A stretch of DNA of 64,000 nt, taken from contig JAEEHV010000038.1 of assembly GCA_016280955.1 (NCBI GenBank), forward strand, positions 2,020-66,019. The letters are read 5' to 3'. Shown piece by piece: positions 47,836-54,103 of the stretch (positions are counted from its first letter, which is position 1; every line of letters starts with the position of its first letter). Both the position numbers and the translations under genes were made by a program. The notes beneath the pieces were generated by a model. That model ran no database searches and was not told where the DNA came from. It was given only the letters and a program-made list of their open reading frames with translations. The stretch is from Candidatus Gastranaerophilales bacterium (GTDB lineage: Bacteria; Cyanobacteriota; Vampirovibrionia; Gastranaerophilales; Gastranaerophilaceae).

Positions 47836-49068
47836 TTAAAAAGAAATAACCTCATGGAACGAATCGATTGCAAATGTATCACTCATTCCTGAGAGGAAAT
47901 CCAGAACACAGTTTTTATATTCCTGCTCATCATCAAGATGATAAATAAGTTTGTTTTTGCATCTTTTGTTTTCTTTTTCCGCTAAATTATAGTCGGAGTA
48001 TTTAGTAAGCCATCCTTCATAAATAGTGTATAACTTAGGATACAGGATTTTTTCTTTTGCGATAACATCTCTGACGTTATTGCCTGTTAAATTTTCTCCA
48101 AGCTGTTCATAAAGAGTTTCAATAATGAGAGTTGCATATTTTTTAAACTTCGAAATTCTTGGGTGGTTACAGATATTTTTGTAATTGAATTGTTTTACAA
48201 GTTTAAGCACCTGGAAGCAATCCTCAGAGAAACAAAGCCCGTCCTCTATTGAGGAATTAGCACACAGGTTCAGTATCAAAGAGTGTGTGAAAGAGGATGT
48301 GTTTAACTCGTTTATTTTAATATTGGGATAAATGGTATGAACAACATTCAATAATTCTTCTTTTTGCTCTTTTTTCAGAATACCGTATGAAATGGCATCT
48401 TCTATATCACGTCCTATATAACCGATTTTATCGGATATTTTTACAACACACCCTTCGTAAGTATATGCCCCGTTTTTACCTCCTTTTTGGATTGAATACA
48501 GATCACAGGCATCTTCTCTCGGTTTAACATATCTTTCATCAACTTCTCCGCAATGACATACAATACCGTCACGAACTGCATATGTAAGGTTTAAATTTTG
48601 CTGATAACCGCTATAGTCAGTGATAGTTTCAATTTTATCAATAAATCTAAGACTGTTATTTTCATGCCAAAAAGAGTGAAGGTTATTCGCTTCTGCAATA
48701 TCCTGCAAAACAGTTTCACCATGGTGTCCAAACGGTGCATGTCCTATATCGTGCCCGAGTGCAATAGCTCTTGCAAGCTCTTTATTAAGGTTTAGGTACT
48801 TGGCAATTGTTTCAGCAACGGAGGCTACAAGCTGAACATGCTCCATTCTTGTACAAACGTGGTCATTCTGAGGAGCAAAGAATACCTGAGTTTTATGCTT
48901 TAGCCTTCGGTATCCTTTAGAGTGCATAATCCGCATTTCATCACGTTCAAACGGAGTCCGCAAATCGTTCTCTTTTTGATAAAGTTCGGCTTCTCTTGAG
49001 ATTGCCTGTTCCCACTTGGGGTTGTTTTCATCCATTCTGACACATGAAAAATCTGCAAGCTTATTCAT
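47836..49068 (-). CDS. dgt: dGTP triphosphohydrolase-like HD-domain protein
   Basis: RTPFERD..RI.HS..YRRL.HKTQVF, TR..H, GHDIGHAPFGH.GE, SD.I.Y..RDIED, D..SGMSD. Confidence 0.9.
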   Translation of the reverse strand: MNKLADFSCVRMDENNPKWEQAISREAELYQKENDLRTPFERDEMRIMHSKGYRRLKHKTQVFFAPQNDHVCTRMEHVQLVASVAETIAKYLNLNKELARAIALGHDIGHAPFGHHGETVLQDIAEANNLHSFWHENNSLRFIDKIETITDYSGYQQNLNLTYAVRDGIVCHCGEVDERYVKPREDACDLYSIQKGGKNGAYTYEGCVVKISDKIGYIGRDIEDAISYGILKKEQKEELLNVVHTIYPNIKINELNTSSFTHSLILNLCANSSIEDGLCFSEDCFQVLKLVKQFNYKNICNHPRISKFKKYATLIIETLYEQLGENLTGNNVRDVIAKEKILYPKLYTIYEGWLTKYSDYNLAEKENKRCKNKLIYHLDDEQEYKNCVLDFLSGMSDTFAIDSFHEVISF

Positions 49069-49136
49069 ACTTTATCCGCTCCTGTATCTCTTTACCACTA
49101 TGACCGTTAAAATTATTTTGTTATCGTTTCATTTTA

Positions 49137-51134
49137 TCAGAATCCTATACTGTTTTTCAACTCTTTGGATTTTTTTACTTTTACTTCTTCTCTTAGCATT
49201 GTTACAATTTCGTCCAAATCAATAATATCCAGAAAATCAGTTTTCTTTTTAACGGTTGCAAAATCTCCCGCAGTCAACCCTTTAATATCGATATTTTTAT
49301 CTTTAACTTTTATTCCGAAAAAGTGTTCAATTGCACAATTTACCTGTTCATTGTTCATAAAGTCGAAGCGGATTTTAAATGTAAAGCGTCTCAGAGATGC
49401 TTCGTCCAATGTATCAAGCAGGTTTGTAGTACATACAAACGGATATTCATGCGATTCCATCCAAGTAAGCATTTCATTAACTTGTGTAATTTCCCAGGAA
49501 TGTGATGCATTATTTCTGTTTTGTAAAAAGCTGTCTGCTTCATCAAAAATCAGCATCGCTTTTTTAGATTTTGCTTCCGCAAAAGCAGCGGCAATGTTCT
49601 GCTCTGATTCGCCAACCCATTTGCTCATCAAATCACTTGCCCTTTTATAAATAACTTCAACACCGAGCTGTTTTGCAAGATACCTTGCATATTGAGATTT
49701 TCCTGTTCCCGGCTCACCATACAGGCAAAGTGAAAAATTGAGCTTTCCGCAAGATTTTATTTTTTGTGTAAGATTTTTTATGTCAACGTCAGTATTAACA
49801 AGACTTTCATCGTATTCTTTTAATTCAAATTCTTTTTTGTTTTTTACGTTTTTCTTTTTCGTCACAACCTTGGCAACATTCTCAATTAGACCTTCAAAGT
49901 CATTTTCATCACCGCCAATCATTTTTGTTGTCTGAACGGCATTAGAAATAAGTGATGGAGGAATATCATAGTTTTTATTTAATTCCGTTAATTTTTCTTT
50001 GCTGACCTTTAGTTTATTCTTTTTAATAACTCTGTTCCAGATATTGAGCCTTGTTTCTTCAGACAGTTTTTCAAATTCAATACAATAAGTCATTCTTCTG
50101 AGGAAAGCCGGATCCACATCGTATATGTTATTTGTAGTCCAGATTATTGGAACGGACGTTGTTTCCAGAAGGGTATTAAGATAGCCTTTTGATGCCGAAC
50201 CTCCGTAACCGAACCCTCTGTTCATAACATCTTCGCCTTCATCAAAAAGAATACAGGCACCTTCGGTTCTGGAAAGTAAATGCTGCTTTGCATTCAAATC
50301 CACAAGTCGATCTTCTCTGTCGGCTTCTTTATAATTCATATTTCCCAATTCTGTTATAACGGAATACATAGGAATGTTTGCTTTATTTGCAATCAGTTTT
50401 GAGTATTCGGTTTTTCCTGTTCCGACACCGCCATACAGAAGAATATTAACTCCTTTTTTCTTTTGCATAACTGCCTGAGATAAAATATTTATAACCTTTT
50501 GAGTATCTTTGATATGAGAAAAATCCTCAAGTTTTAATGTTGCTTTTTGTTTTTTTCCTATAAGAATGCTGATTATTTTATCTGCAGAATCACATTGCGG
50601 ATTATCCAGAATTTCCAGAAAAATATCGTTTATACAATCACTGCGTCTGCTTTCGGTAATATTTTTCCGGTGCAGACCGTCTAAAAGACGTTCCTTCTTG
50701 CCGCATCTGAGTCCCAGATAGACTCTTGAAAAAGTGGACAGAGATTGATTTTCCAAACATTCAAAATACTTGTCAAAAATATTATTGATTTCTTTGAATG
50801 CCATATATAGTAATATTTCATACTCCATATTATTTAGTGTAAAAATCTCTTTGATAGTTAATAATTGCTGCTCAAGCTTAGTGTTTCTCGGCTGAATTTT
50901 TTCTTTAAGTTTTTTTACAACTTTTTTCATCTGTTTAGCAAAAACTTCCCTTGCTTTTGTTGACTCAAGTTCAAGGTTTCCGTCTTTATCAATACAATCA
51001 AACTGTTTCGGGTTAATCTTAAATTCGTTCAGCATAAAATCAAATACGGCATCAAACGAATAACTGTTAGTATCAGTTACCGGCATAAGTTTTTCCACAT
51101 AATCTAAAAATTTTCTTTTTTCAAAATTGTTCAT
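49137..51134 (-). CDS. tandem (two-domain) AAA+ ATPase with N-terminal helical domain
   Basis: Walker A GGVGTGKT and GEPGTGKS; Walker B ILFDE and LIFDE; AAGGAG RBS before ATG 51134. Confidence 0.9.
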   Translation of the reverse strand: MNNFEKRKFLDYVEKLMPVTDTNSYSFDAVFDFMLNEFKINPKQFDCIDKDGNLELESTKAREVFAKQMKKVVKKLKEKIQPRNTKLEQQLLTIKEIFTLNNMEYEILLYMAFKEINNIFDKYFECLENQSLSTFSRVYLGLRCGKKERLLDGLHRKNITESRRSDCINDIFLEILDNPQCDSADKIISILIGKKQKATLKLEDFSHIKDTQKVINILSQAVMQKKKGVNILLYGGVGTGKTEYSKLIANKANIPMYSVITELGNMNYKEADREDRLVDLNAKQHLLSRTEGACILFDEGEDVMNRGFGYGGSASKGYLNTLLETTSVPIIWTTNNIYDVDPAFLRRMTYCIEFEKLSEETRLNIWNRVIKKNKLKVSKEKLTELNKNYDIPPSLISNAVQTTKMIGGDENDFEGLIENVAKVVTKKKNVKNKKEFELKEYDESLVNTDVDIKNLTQKIKSCGKLNFSLCLYGEPGTGKSQYARYLAKQLGVEVIYKRASDLMSKWVGESEQNIAAAFAEAKSKKAMLIFDEADSFLQNRNNASHSWEITQVNEMLTWMESHEYPFVCTTNLLDTLDEASLRRFTFKIRFDFMNNEQVNCAIEHFFGIKVKDKNIDIKGLTAGDFATVKKKTDFLDIIDLDEIVTMLREEVKVKKSKELKNSIGF

Positions 51135-51202
51135 GGTTTTGCTCCTTGTTAAACGGGATATCACATTCCCTTTTGCTATTCATTTTCGTTTCTTACATAT
51201 AC

Positions 51203-51234
51203 ATAATATCAGACAAATGCGACAGAAATGGACG
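51203..51234 (-). promoter_or_regulatory. WYL-activator-like (-26 element) promoter of the AAA gene
   Basis: CGTCCATTTC-TGTCGC-N10-TATTAT on the minus strand. Confidence 0.55.
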
Positions 51235-51262
51235 GAGGAAGAAAAACTTTTTTCTTCCTCCG
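51233..51262. terminator. 14-bp perfect inverted repeat between the DUF2130 and AAA genes
   Basis: cggaggaagaaaaa-ct-tttttcttcctccg. Confidence 0.6.
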
Positions 51263-51299
51263 GTAAAATAAAAAAGAAATGTTCTCTGTTGATTCCAAT

Positions 51300-52610
51300 T
51301 TATTTTTTCTTTTTTTTGTCCGTTATTTTTAAGGCATCAAATTTTGCTTTCATTGTCGGATTATTTCTTGTAAGCTTTTTAATACTAAGGTCTTCTACCT
51401 TATTGTTAGCGGAGCTGAGGTGCTTTTCGGATAAAAGCAGTGCATCTTTTATACTCTGCAGATTTTTGATGGCTTTATCAATACCAGATATAGCATCATT
51501 AAACCTCAAGCCTGCATCTTTCACGTTTTTAACAAATTTATCCTTAAAATCGTTTAATTCGGCTTCGAAATTGGACACATCAATGTTTTGCATTTTTATC
51601 CGCTCAAGTTCTTTTCTGTATTCAAGCGAATGTCTTGCTGCATCTCTGAGCAGGGTAATTATCGGAATAAAGAACTGAGGTCTTATTACATACATTTTTT
51701 CATATTTATAAGAAACATCAACAATTCCGCTGTTATATAAATCACTTTCCGGCTCAAGAAGTGATACTAAAACTGCATATTCACATTTCTTTTCTTTGCG
51801 GTCTTTATCGAGTTCTTTAAAGAAATCTTCGTTCTTTTTCTTAGTCGATGTTGTGTCTGCTTCGTTTTTCATCTCAAACATAATCGATATATATTCATTT
51901 TTATCTTCATCGTATGCTCTGAAAATATAGTCGCCTTTACTGCCGGATTTTACATCATTGTCTTTTTCAAAATACGAACCTGAAAAAGCAGTAGAACGGA
52001 ATCTGTTGAACTCTGTTTCGCAGTGTTGTTCAAGAGTTTCACCAATCATTTTAGTTGATAATTTTGCTTTAAAATCTTTGTATTGTTCGATTGTTTCATC
52101 TTTGAGCTTAAGCTGAATTTCATATCTTTCTTTGAGTGATTGTTCTCTGAGCAGACATTCTTTTTCTGTTAATGCCTGTTCGCTTTTAAGTTTTTCAATG
52201 CTGTTTTCTTTTTTCGCTATTTCTTCGGTTAGTTTTGACTCAAGTTTTTTTAATTCAAGCAGCTTATCTTTCTCAAAAGATGAAAGCTGATTCCTGAGTT
52301 CGGCAATTTCTTTATCTTTTTCGGCAGCAGTTTCTTTAACGGCAGATTTTTTAATAAGGTCGCTTTCTTTAATTTTAGCTTCCAGTTTTGCAATTTCAGC
52401 ATCTTTTTTCGTTAATTCAATATTGAAGCCTTTTTCTGCTTCCAGTTTTGCAACCTGAATTGCCTGATTTTTTTCTGATTCAAATTGCTGCTCACGGCTT
52501 TGAAGCTCTTTAGAGAATTCTTTATCTCTTACCTGTTTAAGTATTGCAGCATATCCTGCTTCATCGATTTGAAATTTTTCACCGCATTTTGGGCATTGAA
52601 GATTGTTCAT
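51300..52610 (-). CDS. DUF2130-like coiled-coil protein with a putative PD-(D/E)xK nuclease domain
   Basis: N-terminal CPKCG..F.IDE, long coiled coil, KGD.....IMFEMKNE and YEKMYVIRPQFFIP; start at ATG 52610 with GAGGT RBS. Confidence 0.8.
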   Translation of the reverse strand: MNNLQCPKCGEKFQIDEAGYAAILKQVRDKEFSKELQSREQQFESEKNQAIQVAKLEAEKGFNIELTKKDAEIAKLEAKIKESDLIKKSAVKETAAEKDKEIAELRNQLSSFEKDKLLELKKLESKLTEEIAKKENSIEKLKSEQALTEKECLLREQSLKERYEIQLKLKDETIEQYKDFKAKLSTKMIGETLEQHCETEFNRFRSTAFSGSYFEKDNDVKSGSKGDYIFRAYDEDKNEYISIMFEMKNEADTTSTKKKNEDFFKELDKDRKEKKCEYAVLVSLLEPESDLYNSGIVDVSYKYEKMYVIRPQFFIPIITLLRDAARHSLEYRKELERIKMQNIDVSNFEAELNDFKDKFVKNVKDAGLRFNDAISGIDKAIKNLQSIKDALLLSEKHLSSANNKVEDLSIKKLTRNNPTMKAKFDALKITDKKKKK

Positions 52611-52662
52611 GGTTATTACCTCTTTTTTGTTTAATTTAGTATCATTAGTTTTTGGTTGTTTT

Positions 52663-53109
52663 TTAGTTGTTTTTGTTGTGTACATAAGTACCTCCTTTTA
52701 TTTTAGTACAGTTGGAAAATTTTGGACTTGGTTCGAGTTCGTTAATGTTATCCATTACGAACCGGTAAATCTGCCTGAAGTATTCTATGTTATCGTTTGT
52801 AACAAATTGTTCGTGACAGTTTGTACAGTAGAATTGGATTGTATGTGCGCCGGAAAGAACCGAACCCCCGCACATATAGGGGATTAAAGTATTAATTTTG
52901 CAGTTTGGACAGATTTCTTTTTGAAACAATCCGCTTTTCAGCCGGTATGAACCGAGCCAGATAAGAGCCGCATCAAGCGGCATTTGGTCATTAAGTTCGG
53001 AGCTGTTTATATGAGAAAAAATCTCAGGATAAATTTCTCCGGCATAATGAGTTTTTGTTTTTGACGGAAGCTGCTTTTCAACTTCACTTTTTGATTTGAA
53101 TTTTGTCAT
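52663..53109 (-). CDS. hypothetical protein with a C4 zinc-ribbon
   Basis: CPNC and CTNC pairs; GAGGT RBS; first gene after the SAM riboswitch terminator. Confidence 0.75.
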   Translation of the reverse strand: MTKFKSKSEVEKQLPSKTKTHYAGEIYPEIFSHINSSELNDQMPLDAALIWLGSYRLKSGLFQKEICPNCKINTLIPYMCGGSVLSGAHTIQFYCTNCHEQFVTNDNIEYFRQIYRFVMDNINELEPSPKFSNCTKIKGGTYVHNKNN

Positions 53110-53210
53110 TTTTCGTTACCTCATATTTAATATTTCTTATCAGGTTTCCCTGATTTTATACGTTTGATAACTCATAGAGGCACGAATGGTTAACACATAT
53201 CTTTTTTAAG

Positions 53211-53249
53211 GAAAAGAAAAAGGCTCATCGCAATGACAAGCCTTTTCTT
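53211..53249 (-). terminator. riboswitch-associated intrinsic terminator
   Basis: Minus strand aagaaaaggctt-gtcat-tgcg-atga-gcctttttctttt. Confidence 0.8.
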
Positions 53250-53284
53250 GCAAGCAAAGTTAGTTACACAAAGCAGAAAGGAGG

Positions 53285-53381
53285 TCTCATCATTCAAGCA
53301 TTAGCACCTTCAGAATAAAATATATTTATTCCGGGTTGCTGTGTAGTCATCGGGCTTGTCCCTCGTACACTCTCTATGAGA
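53285..53381 (-). ncRNA. SAM-I (S-box) riboswitch aptamer, P4-less variant
   Basis: P1 tctcat/atgaga; AGAG; P2 gtgta/tacac with kink-turn and GAGGGAC..GCCCGATGA; AGCAACC...AAGGTGCTAA (P3); loop CAAG can pair with CTTG (pseudoknot). Confidence 0.88.
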
Positions 53382-53416
53382 TTGGTTATTCAATTTTCAA
53401 TGTATTTGTTATTGTT

Positions 53417-53488
53417 TTAATCATCAAAGAAATCTTCGAGTTCATCCCAATAACAGAATAAAAGTAGTCCTATTAGCCAGAGAGGCAT
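53417..53488 (-). CDS. unannotated 23-aa small protein MPLWLIGLLLFCYWDELEDFFDD
   Basis: AAGAGGTGG Shine-Dalgarno 5 nt before ATG; candidate promoter directly upstream. Confidence 0.55.
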   Translation of the reverse strand: MPLWLIGLLLFCYWDELEDFFDD

Positions 53489-53527
53489 TTTTACCACCTC
53501 TTTTTGTTTATTTTCTCTGATATTTTT

Positions 53528-53559
53528 ATTGTAAAATACTGCTGTGTCAAAAATGGACG
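53528..53559 (-). promoter_or_regulatory. WYL-activator-like (-26 element) promoter
   Basis: CGTCCATTTT-TGACAC-N10-TACAAT on the minus strand. Confidence 0.55.
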
Positions 53560-53576
53560 TATGTATTTTATTATTT

Positions 53577-53867
53577 TTAAATTACTTTCAGCATCGGATG
53601 TTTTTTTATAAAACGAAGCTTGCTGAATGCTTGTGCTTCAATCTGTCGGACTCTTTCTCTTGTAATTCCGAAAATATTTCCGACTTCATTAAGAGTTTTC
53701 GGAATATTGTCAGCCAAACCGTAACGTAATGCTATTACATCCTGTTCTTTTAATTTAAGCTGCTGAAAGTCAGATACTTTAAAAGTTATTTCAAATTTTT
53801 TGTTGTTAGAATCTTTTGTAATAACTATTTCGTCTTTGTTTCTTGTAACATTAATTTCCTGTTTCAT
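53577..53867 (-). CDS. standalone sigma70 region-4 HTH protein
   Basis: VIALRYGL....[29 protein letters not shown]; no region 2 or 3. Confidence 0.85.
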   Translation of the reverse strand: MKQEINVTRNKDEIVITKDSNNKKFEITFKVSDFQQLKLKEQDVIALRYGLADNIPKTLNEVGNIFGITRERVRQIEAQAFSKLRFIKKHPMLKVI

Positions 53868-53938
53868 ATTTACCTCTTTTTTTATAAATTGTATTTATTT
53901 ACTTATAACGAGATTCACAAATTTTCCCTTACAAATAC

Positions 53939-53970
53939 ATAATACAATACCCCCTTGTCAAAAACGGTCA
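53939..53970 (-). promoter_or_regulatory. WYL-activator-like (-26 element) promoter
   Basis: TGACCGTTTT-TGACAA-N10-TATTAT on the minus strand. Confidence 0.5.
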
Positions 53971-54015
53971 TATAAATTTGAGGTAAAAGAATAATAAATA
54001 ATATTTGGTTACATT

Positions 54016-54033
54016 AATGTAACACATTGTAAA
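54016..54033 (-). promoter_or_regulatory. HLR1 direct repeat, perfect match
   Basis: Minus strand TTTACAAT-GT-GTTACATT; an adjacent inverted half-site GTTACATT lies at 54008-54015. Confidence 0.6.
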
Positions 54034-54050
54034 TAATATTACCGTGTCAT

Positions 54051-54077
54051 TAAAGTTTTCTAAAAAACTGCCGATAA
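54051..54077 (+). promoter_or_regulatory. sigma28 (FliA) promoter, perfect consensus
   Basis: TAAAGTTT-N11-GCCGATAA, 26 nt upstream of ATG 54104. Confidence 0.85.
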
Positions 54078-54103
54078 TAATATAAAGATTTAATGGAGTA
54101 GTT

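Noticed and set aside
51127-51678. 183-aa plus-strand ORF, and the many other 60-200-aa ORFs antisense to long genes (e.g. 21038..21631, 33768..34322, 43431..43913, 49165..49650)
   Set aside because: They are shadows of well-supported genes on the opposite strand, with no motifs or RBS.
53171-53380. 9-nt inverted repeat CTCATAGAG/CTCTATGAG linking the aptamer 5' end to sequence past the terminator
   Set aside because: Short, and it lies beyond the termination decision point; cannot be separated from chance.
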